Assembly: GCA_030141605.1 (NCBI GenBank)
Contig: JAQGDQ010000067.1
Span: forward strand, 434,001 to 498,000
Origin: Tubiluchus corallicola
Taxonomy: Eukaryota; Animalia; Priapulida
DNA length: 64,000 nt
Reading direction: 5' to 3'
Below the pieces are notes generated by a model. The model had not been told where the DNA came from. It worked only from the letters and a program-made list of their open reading frames with translations, and did no database searches. The translations under genes and the position numbers were made by a program. Positions 42,601 through 55,532 of the stretch are shown in pieces; position 1 is the first letter of the stretch, and each line of letters opens with the position of its first letter.

Positions 42601-45600
42601 ACAAAAACTAAAGTTTAGTGCCCACTGTGCTGAAATTTGTACAAGAGCAAACAGGATAACCAATATGATTGTTAGAATTTTTGCTGTTAGGGACAAACAA
42701 TCTTTATTGGAAGCTTATAAAATATATGTCAAACCATTGGTTGAATATTGTTCTCCTGTGTGGAGTCCTCATCTGCTGTAAGGAGGCGCTCTGTTACCAG
42801 TAACCTTGAGTTTTTTTTAATTTGCCTTCTCATGTACTGATAAAGGCCATCCTATATACATGATTTATTTAGATCTTGCCAAGGTGTTTGACAAAGTACC
42901 TCACCAACGACTGCTTTTGAAACTAGAAGCCTATGGTGTTTCAGGTTCTTTTCATACAAGAATTAGGAACTGGCTAATTGGTCGAACGCAGTATGTTGAG
43001 ATCCAAGGTGTTAAATCATCATATGTGCCAGTTTTATCCGGAGTTTCTCAGGGAAGTGTTCTCGGGCCACTGTTGTTCCTGATTTTCATAGAAGATCTAG
43101 ACCAAGGAATCTGTTCTACGCTCATGAAATTTGCTTATGACATGACTGTGAGTGCCGTACAGCAAGGGTACTTACACATTATATCGGCTTGGGCTACATC
43201 TTTGCTAATGGATTTCAACACCTCTAACTCCAAGTGCAATGTCATTCATGTGGTACGTAACAACAATCATCATCAGTATTACTTTAACAATACTATTTTA
43301 CCAGCAGTTGACTTAGAAGTAGACTTAAGACTCATCAGTGGTGCCAGTCTCAATTTCCGCAGCCATATTGTTACTAAAGCAAAGAAAGAAAATCAACTTC
43401 CCGGACTCATATCAAATATAATTTCCGCAAGATATCTCATGTAATATTACCTCTCTAAATATCTATCGTCAGACCTCATGTGGATTGTGTAAGTCATGTT
43501 TGGGACCCATACATCAAGAAGGACATCGACATCCTGAAACGAGGGCAAGAGAGAGAGAGTAGTCTATTTGATCCATGGACTTGACAATAAATCATATCCT
43601 CAGAAATTACAACATCTTGGACTCATCGACTCTCTTCTCGTAGGCGACGTGGTCGACTGATCGAGGTGTTTAAGATTCCACGTGGACACACCGATATGAA
43701 ACTTTCTTCACCTCAACTAAGTCACACTTTCACCAGAGGTCACTCTCTCAAACTTTACAAACACCGAGCGATACAAGCACAGATTTTCTAATGCCAAAAT
43801 TGATCTATGCAATTCCCTACTGGAAGAAATCGTAGGACTACAAACGTTCAGCGGTTTCAAAAATGCACTAGAGAAATATTTATGCACTAAAGGTCTCCTA
43901 TATTAAGGTCTCCTATCTTTGAGGTATGATTGGAAGCAGAGTGTGTTTTTTGTAAATATCTATCCACGAAGAGCACAATGAATTGCCTGTTATTTATGTG
44001 ATGATCACTGTCTTGTTATACGACAAATATCACAACGTGCTCACCGTTATGGTAAACACTTTAGATAAGGTTTCTTAGTCTCTTAAGTCAATATTAATTA
44101 CAGCTGTCGGCCCTCCCGTATTTTTACTCGTTTGAAGCTTTTCAAAATGTGTTTTTCCTATCCTAATTAATTTCTTCACTACTATTAATATTCTAGCTGT
44201 ATTTCAGTCTGGTTTTGTGTCCTGATACTTGATAGTATTCCTGGTCATCACTGGTGACTCAGCTTCAAATGTTTTTTTAAATATCCACATTGTTAACACT
44301 AATAACACTTTCATTAATCCTGTTTCAGAATGATATCACTCTACAAAAACAAGATCTCCACACTCCGTGTGACGAAATTGTTTTTTATATCCTTCTGAGC
44401 CGGTGCCCCCCCCCCCCACAGTAACGCGATTATTTAAAGTGAAGTATTTTTCTCTATTCACCTTGTAATAACCTTGCTGTGAAATAAGCGTTTCTCTCAG
44501 ATCGACATGGCCTGGTGATTCTACATTCAACCATTTACTGTATTTTTATAATCTCATTGTAGCAGCCTTGGATCACTGCAACCGGTGCCTAATAAACTGC
44601 CCTTAAGAAGTGTCGAAACACGGCAAGGTGCTAATTTTTTTGTAGAGAACCCAGGTATCTAGCTACGTAATTTGATTCCCAGTCTTGGCGAACTTTTTGG
44701 AATATCCGTCGTCTGATCAGAAGACCCATTTAGTGGAAGTTAGTACCACCTGTGATTCATGAAAAACAGAAAACAGTATCACAGTGCCATTTCAAGCACA
44801 TTAGTGTTCCCATTTCTGCTATATTTATGAGCAATTTCTAAAAATATAATTGTTGTGACTAATAGTGAGCATTTAGTAAAAATATCTGAAAAAAGACCAA
44901 CTTAACTACTAACCATTGTAAAAATAAATTGATAACCTTCTACTTAATGCTTGCTAAATAGAAATTGTATTCTTTCTAATTTTTGCAATTGCTGTTTTAT
45001 TGAAAGTGCAAAACTGTGAATGACATATTTACAAAAAATTCTGTCTATTCTCATTGCATATTGCATTATGTAAATTTTGTAAAATATTAAAACTATTATG
45101 TGCCTCACAAATTTCATTTTTTGTGATTTTGTTTTCAGGATATTATTTAAAGTGAAGTATTTTTCTCTATTCACCTTGTAATAACCTTGCTGTGAAATAA
45201 GCGTTTCTCTCAGATCGACATGGCCTGGTGATTCTACATTCAACCAGTTACTGTATTTTTATAATCTCATTGTAGCAGCCTTGGATCACTGCAACCGGTG
45301 CCTAATAAACTGCCCTTAAGAAGTGTCGAAACACGGCAAGGTGCTAATTTTTTTGTAGAGAACCCAGGTATCTAGCTACGTAATTTGATTCCCAGTCTTG
45401 GCGAACTTTTTGGAATATCCGTCGTCTGATCAGAAGACCCATTTAGTGGAAGTTAGTACCACCTGTGATTCATGAAAAACAGAAAACAGTATCACAGTGC
45501 CATTTCAAGCACATTAGTGTTCCCATTTTTGCTATATTTATGAGCAATTTCTAAAAATATAATTGTTGTGACTAATAGTGAGCATTTAGTAAAAATATCT

Positions 45601-48600
45601 GAAAAAAGACCAACTTAACTACTAACCATTGTAAAAATAAATTGATAACCTTCTACTTAATGCTTGCTAAATAGAAATTGTATTCTTTCTAATTTTTGCA
45701 ACTGCTGTTTTATTGAAAGTGCAAAACTGTGAATGACATATTTACAAAAAATTCTGTCTATTCTCATTGCATATTGCATTATGTAAATTTTGTAAAATAT
45801 TAAAACTATTATGTGCCTCACAAATTTCATTTTTTGTGATTTTGTTTTCAGGATACATTACTGGTATTTTGGATGATGCCAGAGTTTACTCCCAGTATGC
45901 CAAACGAAAAAATATTGATTTTGAAGATCTGCGGTTGGCAATACAAATGAAAACAGAATTTGCTTTCACATCACCACCACCTAGAGATGTATGTGTTTCC
46001 TGTAAAAGTAGCATAGTAGCTTATATGCATAAGTGTAGTAGCTTGAATGTTAAGGTAATCAGTTCAACAAAGTGAACTGAAGTTAATATTTCCTTGTAGA
46101 TCGGTTAACTTTGGAGGAGGTGTAGTTTATATCATCCATATCATAGAACTATAAATGAAGTTGTTGTCTTTTACTTAGTTGTTGATTGTCCACATAATTA
46201 ATTTCAGATTTGTGGTTATTAATCTTGATTGGTTCTAAATTTATGTTTCATTGCAAAAAATGGTCCTATATTTAGCATTTTAATCTTAGCACTGTGCACT
46301 ATGCTTACTTTGTGTGGTCTATAGCAGCATCTGTGTTTACTTGAGTATAAGCAAGGAATTCTACTCCACATAAGGCTATATCAAGATTTGACTCCAAAAA
46401 AATTAGCAAAACAAATCATACTGTACAAAATGACCCACTGTAACATTCTAAATAATACTTAACAGATCACCAATTAAACAACAGCTTCGGAAAGGTGGTG
46501 TAGTTTCATGCATTAATGCTGGCAAGTGGTAGTATTAATTCTGAGGATTTTCAATTCACATCTCAAGCACAGGAATTTTTCACTACCAGTTAATTTGGGT
46601 GTTTCCTGCTAGTTCATTTCTGTATGCCTACTAAATACTGGGCTAAATGTTTGCCTGTAGAGAGAGCATCCAGCATGTGGGAGATGTTGATCCATTTTTA
46701 TCCAAATAACTTACGAAGTCTGAAGCTAGTAACTGTATTTTTGTGACTGATAAATAATCAGCTAAAATTACCTGATCTACGAGCTTATAATCAGCCTCCA
46801 CCTGTAGTTAGGATAGAGTTTGGTCTGTTGTGTTTCACGTATATGAGCACACTGTATTTTGTAACATGATGCTGTGTAATATAAAGTTATTAATTTTTCA
46901 GCTTTTAGTCGAACTAGCTCGACAGAAGAATAGTCAGCCTTTACCTGCTATAAAACCACACACTGGCCTTAGACTGCCACCCGACAGATATTGCCTTACT
47001 TCAGCTAACTATAGACATAAATCTCTGAAGAAGGTAACTGACATCAACCAGTAATTAGTTGTTATTAATTTTAGTTGTGACATTTATTCTCATAATGGTT
47101 CATATTTAGCTCATACATGTAGCTTTCGATCTACATTTTGTAGCCAAGAATCGTGAACTGTTATGGGAGCTTCACTATTAGGCCTCTTCAAAAATAAAAT
47201 AACGTCCAACAAGGCTCGAAGATTTTTGCATGTGCAAAGGTGTAGGTGTAGACTGTAGAGTTCACGAAAATGGGGCCAACTGCGAGGCCCGGTTTGCCAT
47301 TGTTTTCTTCTTAATTTGTTTGAGCAAATCCACAACAATTTATCTTTGAAAACACTTCGCTATAGCTTATTGGGTTCATTACTACTCTAGGTTGTTTCAT
47401 GCACCATACACAACCAGGCTCGTCTGCCTCATTGAGGAAGCATTCATTTACATCTGGTCATTTGCAGCGGACACTGCTGCCAGTTCAGTAGATCATCGTA
47501 GAGAGCTATCCTTGATAACTAACTAGGCTTTGGTTAAAGTATAAACATCTTGTTGAGGAGGCCTTGCCATTAGATGCTGGGTTCCAGCTTGCTGTGTGCT
47601 GAAGTGTATAAAAAAGCAACTTTTGCAAGTATTTCCAAAACGTATTTTGGTATGCATAGACCGCATTGGCAGAATCATGAAGCTTTTTTGTTTTAACATA
47701 ATTGTTCACATTTGAAAAATGTGAATGGTTCTTGTTTTATAAGATTTATAGGATTTGACACATCCATGTGTAACGAAACGATGCAATAAAACGTAGCAAA
47801 AAGACCATGATCAATATAATCTTATATTTTGCACATTTAGTATAGACCACTGTAACAGAGCCTCAACATTTTGTTCTTTGAGTTCAAGGGGAAGAAACAG
47901 CAATTTAAAAAATTTGTCCCAAAAACTTTTCACACGAAGTTGTATGACTTAGCATTACACTTATCTGCTTGAAAAACTTGTGTATCTAGAAAAAACAATT
48001 TAAAATGTTTCTGGCCAACTGGTAAAGTCACTGATTCACCTTCCCAATATGTACCGCTCATTTACCTTTTACTTTTAATCTTACTGACGAGATAAAGTAA
48101 TTTATACTTTTGCTTGGTTAGTGAAGTGTGCACTATAAATGCTGTGATTATTTTTTCGAACTTTATGCAAAGTTGTCCAACTTGTTTTAAACCACCTACC
48201 AACAAAATGACTACACCTAATGGTGGTCATCATGGGAGTTTAAATTTTCAAATTTTATACAGCATTGCTGCTAAAGCAAGCTGTGTATGCAATATGAGGT
48301 TATGGAGGTGATACAAATTTTCAAAATGATTTTTTAGCGTATGTAAGTATTATTTTTTAAAATGAGCTTTCATGTGCATTTATGGCATATTATGTAGCTG
48401 TGAACATTTATAAAAATATGAGTGTTTGATCAAGAGTTAGGGTTTAGTGTTATATACATAATTTTTGGAAGGACGTTATGAACCACAGTAAATACTTCAC
48501 ACCAATGCAATCTTATGTTTATGCCATCCATAAGAATACATCTATGTAAAGCATAATTTTGCTAACAAATTTATTCATTTAAAAAAATTTGATACTTTAG

Positions 48601-51600
48601 ATTTTCTAGGATAGGGACCATGAATGAAGTTTAAACTTCAGCCATTTTTCCTTGTTTTACACTCTGGTGCTTCAAACTATATTCAGCTTCTCTTAAAGAA
48701 GATTGTTTAGCAATTCATGACACGCAAATATGGCAGTAATTTTTCACTCTATTCATTTGGATAACTGCATTGCCAGCAGACTTGCTTGTGGTGAATAAAT
48801 TAAAAAAATGACAATAATGCAATGTCTGGTACACGGTAATTACAATTTATCTTGGAATGCATTTATGACAGTTTTGTTTATTTTCAGTCTTCCAGACTGC
48901 AAGCATCAATGGATAATATGTCACCTAAGCTAACGTTATCTTCCCAGCCAAATTTGAGTAAGTTCTAATCTCATTTTCTGCATTTTAATAAGGCACATTT
49001 TTCTCTTAGGTTTCCCTGTTCCAGTAGTTTCATATCCAGTTGTTGAATAATTGTTGGCTTATTGGCATTATTGGGATAAAGACTACTAATAAAGAGTGGT
49101 TCATAGTTTTCTGAAGTTTTTGGCTGAAAGATTAATGAGGAGTTACAGTTTAGGAACAGAATATTTGAAGTGGACTTTTATACGTCTACCAGGCAGTTGC
49201 ATTAAATGTTTTTTTTAAATTCTTAAATGTTTAAATTTTTAAATTCTTAAATACGTCTATCCTGGCAGTTGCAATGGGTATATTGATTGATAATATAATT
49301 ATGCTCATCTGTTAATAAGTCATAACTGTTATGTATCAAAATTGTATATTATGTCTTGCATTTTTGTCTTTGACAGTTTTAGTGTTTTTTTTATACATTT
49401 CAGGTGCAAATAGAAATCTAAAAACTGTTTCTCAAGCAATAAGTGAAGTAAGCAAGATGCCAGGTTCATTATCATTGGTAACTAAAACTATGGCATCACC
49501 AACTGTAACCATCGTTAGACCAGTATCAGGTGGTGTAACCGCTAAACCTTTAATGCCTGTGAACAGACTTACATCAGGTTTGATGAAAAACATTGTACTT
49601 AACTGAATTGGCAGTAAAAAGCACATCACAGTTATATTACATTACATTATCACATTACATTGTCTGCATGGTTGTGTAATGAAGCAAAGAAAAATTATAC
49701 CCATTAAATATTTTAATGTAGGGTAACTTTGCGTAAATCAATGTTAACTTCATATAAATATGACTCTTACCTACTGGTGGTAGGCTTGTTGCTTTGGTTT
49801 ACCTATTTTCAGTTTTTGGCCTATGGTCTTTCATATAAATATTACTGGTCAAAATCCAGAATTAGCTCAGCAGGGTTTACCTTTAATGTTGAATGGTTGT
49901 GGTCGGACCAGAATCTAAGTCCCTGTCAATGATAGTCCTCAGAGATAAGGCACTGAATGAGTTTTGATGTCTGAGTCATGTTTGGATGCTTGCATCTTTC
50001 TGACGAGGGAATTAGATTGAAGCAGAATGGCAGTGAAATTCATCAATATGCAGTTTTCTTGTTGGTGACCCATCCACTGTTACTAAACTGGTCTTTTGTA
50101 GTGTAGCTTAGCTTAGCTTTGTAGTGGCAAACACATATCATAACTACCCAGATGGTGTGCATCTTGTTTCTCATATATAGAAAACTGACTCTAATTTACT
50201 GAAAGTAGTTGTAATTTTTGTTAGCTGCTGTCAAACATAAACTTTGTAGTATTGACAAGCACATTACAAAAACATCAACATCCAATGAAAACTGTATTTA
50301 TGCTATGTGACTCATTCTAGAGTCACATGTAGATCGGCAGCGTGACTGAAGGTATACAAATTCTGAGTACAAACGAAAATGTTTAGAGCATATATGGGAA
50401 AGAGTCTCAGATGTGCTAAATGTTGAACTAAAATCTTTAGAATCAAATACATCACTAAACAAATTAAATCTGAATCTGCAGTGTTGTCAAGATTACATTA
50501 TTCAAATGGAAGAGGCTGCCAAAAGTGAAAACAAGTAGATAAAAATAGTTTTATATCATTAACTGCAGCTCTCTTTAATAACAGGCACTTCCATAAATTG
50601 TAAAATACATTAATTAATTTTCAGTGTAAACGTTTTTGTGTGAAGAATGTTTAATATGTATTCTTTATGTGCCATTCTTAAATTTTATTGGAAATTTGAA
50701 ATTGTATGTGATTGTACATTGTACATGTGATTCTGTATATGATAATATTGTGTATGTGATTTTCGAATTAATTTTATTGTAACACTGAAGTGCATTTTTA
50801 TGCCTTAAAGTGTAATAAATAAATCTTAATAAAATTTGTTAAAAAATAATTGAACAAGTTAATTAGTTGAGTCTTTTAGTAAGTGAATAGACAAAATAGA
50901 ATATTTCTCTGCTCCTTCATCTTATTTAAAAGTTTTTACTCTGCTTCATGTGTTTAATTTTATGAGTATTAAGGTATGACTTCATGTGTACATAATGCGT
51001 GATGCGTATACAACAGTTTACATTTAAACTTGTAGAAGTGTTTCCTTGTCTACGTAATGCATGATATGAAATACGTGATATGTGATCCGTATTTTATTTG
51101 AACATGATCGCTGTCGTCCGAATATGCGCGTCTCTCAGCAGTATGCAGATGGGAAACCACTGTTGCTTGGGGGATTATAGCGAGTTTTCAAGTTTCTGGT
51201 GACCATTTTCACTTTTTAGTTTTCTGAAAACTCTAGTTAGGTGAATTTTGGTCACTTTAGGACCAATAAACAATAATATTTTTTCTATCTGAATTTTTGA
51301 GAGATGGAAGAAGCCTGTAGTTGTGCGTTGTGCATCTAACTGCAGTATTACTAATGGATGACTCGTGCAGCATGCTGTATTGTTCTCTACCCTGCAGAAT
51401 GTTGTGCACCCAAAATCTGTGCTTTTTTGAAGTTTTTCGTCTAATAGTACAATAATACGCCATAGCTGTGTAACTGTGATTATCGACAGGGATATGGTAT
51501 CCAAAAATCATTGCTTGTGATTTTCACGAATAGCAACCAAAAATGCCCGAAAGAGCGTCGTGTGCTTTGTTAATATGCGTAGCATGGCACATGGAAACAG

Positions 51601-51854
51601 TTAATACGCATCATGCATTACGGCTCATTGATCACGCATTACACATTTCGTGCACATGGAGTCGTAAGCTAAACTCTGAACAGAATGTTTTTTGCTATCA
51701 ACCTGTTCTGTACAATTCTTTATTATTTCTAGGACCTTCGTTAGTGGCGCAGGCAAGTACACCTACTCCTAGCCAATCAGCAAGCGCCATAGCTACTATT
51801 GTTACAAATGCGATGAAAAGAAAACGAGATGATGATGATTATGATAATCCATAA
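39494..51854 (+). CDS. TAF9: TFIID/SAGA subunit TAF9 (intron-containing, TAF9B-like structure), 6 exons, 250 aa
   Basis: [70 protein letters not shown]...[46 protein letters not shown]...[17 protein letters not shown]-31kDa histone fold, conserved region and acidic tail; 753 nt in phase. Confidence 0.96.
39730..42780 (+). mobile_element. Decayed CR1/L2-group LINE with 5' UTR, PHD-finger ORF1, APE endonuclease and internally deleted RT, in TAF9 intron 1
   Basis: ORF1 CPLC...[14 protein letters not shown]...WFCMAC plus coiled coil. Endonuclease [79 protein letters not shown]. Several stops and frameshifts. Confidence 0.92.
42790..43920 (+). mobile_element. Second CR1-like LINE, 3' half
   Basis: [67 protein letters not shown]. 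Confidence 0.9.
44255..44530 (-). mobile_element. CR1-like LINE 3' terminal fragment, opposite strand
   Basis: Minus strand DLRETL...[13 protein letters not shown]...KKQFR...[15 protein letters not shown] resembles CR1 ORF2 C-termini. Confidence 0.55.
44430..45855. repeat. Tandem duplication, 2 x 713 bp, including the TAF9 exon 2 splice acceptor
   Basis: 44430-45142 matches 45143-45855. I saw 3 substitutions by eye. Both copies end TTTTGTTTTCAG-GATA. Confidence 0.95.
45852..45988 (+). CDS. TAF9: TAF9 exon 2
   Basis: ttttcag|GATACATT...AGAGAT|gtatgt; [16 protein letters not shown]...FTSPPPRD. Confidence 0.95.
46902..47033 (+). CDS. TAF9: TAF9 exon 3
   Basis: [44 protein letters not shown]. 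Confidence 0.95.
48888..48957 (+). CDS. TAF9: TAF9 exon 4
   Basis: ttttcag|TCTTCC...TTGA|gtaagt; [23 protein letters not shown]; needed for the phase 0 to 1 change. Confidence 0.85.
49404..49577 (+). CDS. TAF9: TAF9 exon 5
   Basis: tttcag|GTGCAAAT...ACATCAG|gtttga; [27 protein letters not shown]...RLTS. Confidence 0.83.
50975..51666 (-). mobile_element. PIF/Harbinger deletion derivative with a transposase N-terminal remnant, in TAF9 intron 5
   Basis: Imperfect ~30-bp TIRs ATGACTTCATGTGTACATAATGCGTGATGCG versus the reverse complement of CGCATTACACATTTCGTGCACATGGAGTCGT. Minus-strand [22 protein letters not shown] and [22 protein letters not shown] resemble Harbinger transposase N-termini. Confidence 0.7.
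51733..51854 (+). CDS. TAF9: TAF9 exon 6 (last)
   Basis: ttctag|GACCTTCG...; [39 protein letters not shown]. Confidence 0.92.
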
Positions 51855-54800
51855 ATGAATTTTCACCTGTATTAGTTTATAGTTAAAATGTTAGCATGGT
51901 AATGAAATTAAAATGTTGGCATGGTAATAAAGTTGAAATGTTGTTAAAATTGTCTGCAGTGCATCTTTGATAAAATGAGATTCGTAATAAGGGCAAGTGA
52001 GTGGTTGCCCACCTCATAAGCTGTAAAAACTGCATTATTTTCTGGAATGTTGTCAAATGTTTTGTAAGTTGCAGTGGGTGGAATTTGTGCAAAAAACCAG
52101 TAGCTTTGTGGCTTGGCCAAGTATTGAATGACTTAGTAAAGCCTGGACAGCACTGACCTTTGTTATTAAAATGTAAAAGAAAAAACTGCTAAGTGAGAGT
52201 ATCAGTTTTTATGACTCTGTAATGCTATTATAAATAACCCCTGGTTTTGAATGATGTCAGCACTCCATTTAGACAAAATTCATTCAGACAGATAACATCG
52301 TAAGAAGTCTAAAAATTTGCTCTATTTCTAAACTTAAATGCTACAACCACAGTCTGTCTCGGGGCAATCTTTTAAGGAAACTAGAAAACTTGTTTCGAAA
52401 GGAAAATGGTTTTCAAGCTGAATACTGTTACAGTTCTGCTTGTTTAAAATTGTCGCACATGTTATTATTATTGGTACAACAACTGTCATTGTTTTCTTTG
52501 TTTTTTTTTCATTAGTTCATCATTGGAGAATTAAAAGCTTGAGAATTTAGGAACAAAGTCTAGAGATGAAGTGAGAATTCGTTTCTCATAATAATAGAGA
52601 TCATATTCATTGTGTATTCGTATGTTATGCATAAATGTATCATCAATAATAATTTCCAATTTTGAAATCTTATCATTTGTAAAGAAAAACATGTGAAAAA
52701 CAACTAAAATATTAAGATGGTGCATTTTTATTTTTATTTTTTACTTATAACAGCTAAATAATTTTATACAAGTATGTGTATAATATTATACAATGAATAA
52801 AGTCTAATTTTAAAATTAGATTCTTCAATTTAAATTAACCCGATATAACATAAATGGTATACATCACATACTGATAACTACTAACAGCAAAAAGCAATGG
52901 TGAATGTACTAATTTTTTCACAAAAATATCTTTTTTCTATCATTTTTACACACTTGAAACAAAATATAGACCTGCACGGAACTAAAATTCGCTAGCACAG
53001 TTAGCTATTTTCACTAAAGAAAACATTGCAAATGAGGTATTTTTGTGCAATCAGAAAATTGAGTTTGAAAGGCAGCTGCTATAATGATATATATATGCAG
53101 AACTATGTTTGAAAAGCTGACATGGAATTTATTTTAAGAATACATTAAATGCACATAAGCAACAACAATGTACAGATTTGTTACACTGGTACTAACAAGC
53201 GGTGAACATTATTACCATGTTACATTCTTATCAAGCACACTTATTATTATAATTTTATAAAAATAAGCTCAACTGCAACTATTATTCTATTCAGGCTAGT
53301 GTACATAGTATACTCTCAATAAAAAGTAAACAAAAATAAAAATTGGTGGTACTCGGATTCCTGTAACTACAACTTCAAGTACACTGAAATAAATTGTTTA
53401 GAATACAAAACCAAGTAGATTCACATGATAACATTAACAGTTAAAATGGCAAAAACAATTGTAGAAAAACTAAAAATGTGAACAACATGGGCTTATAGTA
53501 CAATGATAAATTCCCTATTAACAATCTTTTGCTGAAATTATATTTCTCTACCACGATATTAGTCTTATATTCATTTTTTTCATTACTGACTCAAAAATCA
53601 TAAATTTTTAAAATAAAAAACCTTTCAATCAGGTCTTGTGAAATTTAGATCATATTTCGATCTTCAACCTCGCAATACAACTAGTTTACAACACGTTTAA
53701 ATTTTACTTAAAGAATAAGGGATATCTTGTTAAAAAGAAAAGCTTGCTGTATTTACTCAGGCTTTTTTGCATAAAACACGTTTGGTGTCCACAATGTAAT
53801 GAACTGATTGCAGAGATTTCTGGTGCCTCAGGGGCTTGCCATGACCATTAACCAAGTGACATGCTGATCCATCCATACAGAAAGTTCAAAAAGAATACTT
53901 TTGCAAAAAAGATAGTGCCTTTTTGGCACATTAAGCTGCTAATCGCTACAATTAATTACATCTCTTAACTATTCCAACACTCATAAACTAAGCTCATCCT
54001 GTCAAATACAAAAACGGCACCTTTTTTAGTGCATCGCTTCAACATAAAAAAATCTCAATGATCTTCAAATTTACCAAACAGCTGGTTGGTATTTTTCAAA
54101 AACAAAAAAGCAAAATTTTATCATTACATACACCATGTAAAAAATGCAACAAACAAATGGAAAAGTAAACCAAAGATAGAAAAAGATTATAACACATAAA
54201 GAAAAGCTCGTAGGAATTGTGTTGTAACTGATATTCATTACAAATCTGCAAAATGTTAACTGACAGAGAAACTCACTAAAAATCCTCTGTCCAAAGTATG
54301 AGATGTTTTTCCTCAATGTATTCGTATGTTTTTACTAACAGTCAGCGTAAATGTACATGAGCAAATGCTAAAAAATTGACTAGACTATTCTAGACTAACA
54401 TCAATAGAAAACTTAGATGTGGAATTTAAATATTTGCCACAACTAAAAGTAGTTCTATCACATAACGAGTTGAAGGTAAAAATAAACACTACTTTTCACA
54501 TTGCACTGGTTAGAAATGATGCAGGCAAAAAAGCATATGAACACTGCATACATGCTAACTTACCTTAGTGCTAATAAACAAAAAAACACTATTATAATAT
54601 ACAAACTGTATTACAACTTTTACTATAATAATTGTTAATGTAATGTAATACTAATATAATCTAACATAGCAGATAATCTATAGTGACTTGTGCATCACAA
54701 TGCCTATCCCATTGAAATGCAAAAATTAAGTCATTTCTGCCTTATTTTTTTAAATGGCACCAATTAATGAATTGTACAATTAAACCCAATCAAAATAATA

Positions 54801-55409
54801 ACCATTTCCAGTAGCAATTCTTCACTTTCACTCTTCACTTCTTTTTCTCGGCTTTAATTCTTCACACATTGCTTTATTCCAATGTTATTTATTCTGAATG
54901 GCGAAAACAACAGACGGCACGAAAGCATTCTTTTTCTTAAACTAGTTGTTTTAGATTTTCAATAATTTTACTTGCTAAGTTTTATAGAATAACTGACTGA
55001 TTAATGTTGCTGACCATTCTATTTTACAAACGTTTATTATGGTTTAATCTTTATTATCAGACACAGCTCATATGTAATTTGTTTTACTTAGATTACTAAA
55101 ACACGACAATAACCTTAGACAATAATGAAAACAGTATAAACGTGTAAATTGCGATTAAGTGGTAAACGACAGAAAGGGATTGCAATTACTGTCTTACAGC
55201 CAACCGCAGCTAATAGTGCAATTGGTGTCAGATATAAGTATGTCCTAGGAATAAACAACAGTTTTATTTAAACCTTTCTAACAGCAATAGTTTTTCAAAC
55301 ATGTAAAAATAATTTGATTATAAAAAGAAATAATAAATTGTCTACAGTCATAATGCACATCAGCAAATGCACACATATCACAAGTTATACTAATTACATC
55401 GGATTATTA

Positions 55410-55532
55410 TCATTCATTCTGCGAAAGACCTGACGTCTGAGACTTCATCTGCCTCTCAGCTGCCCTAACCATGCTACTAAACAATGACCTCTTCTGAACT
55501 AAAAGATTTGCAGGGGTATCGAATTCAGCTAT
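55410..55532 (-). CDS. ABCC5: ABCC5-like last exon
   Basis: [40 protein letters not shown]. Confidence 0.9.
   Translation of the reverse strand: MAEFDTPANLLVQKRSLFSSMVRAAERQMKSQTSGLSQNE

Noticed and set aside
47100-47720. Coding or transposase remnant in TAF9 intron 3
   Set aside because: Slightly GC-richer, but no motif that I can assign in any frame.
39494-51854. AK6 sharing the locus with TAF9, as in human
   Set aside because: I found no adenylate kinase exons in the introns or flanks.
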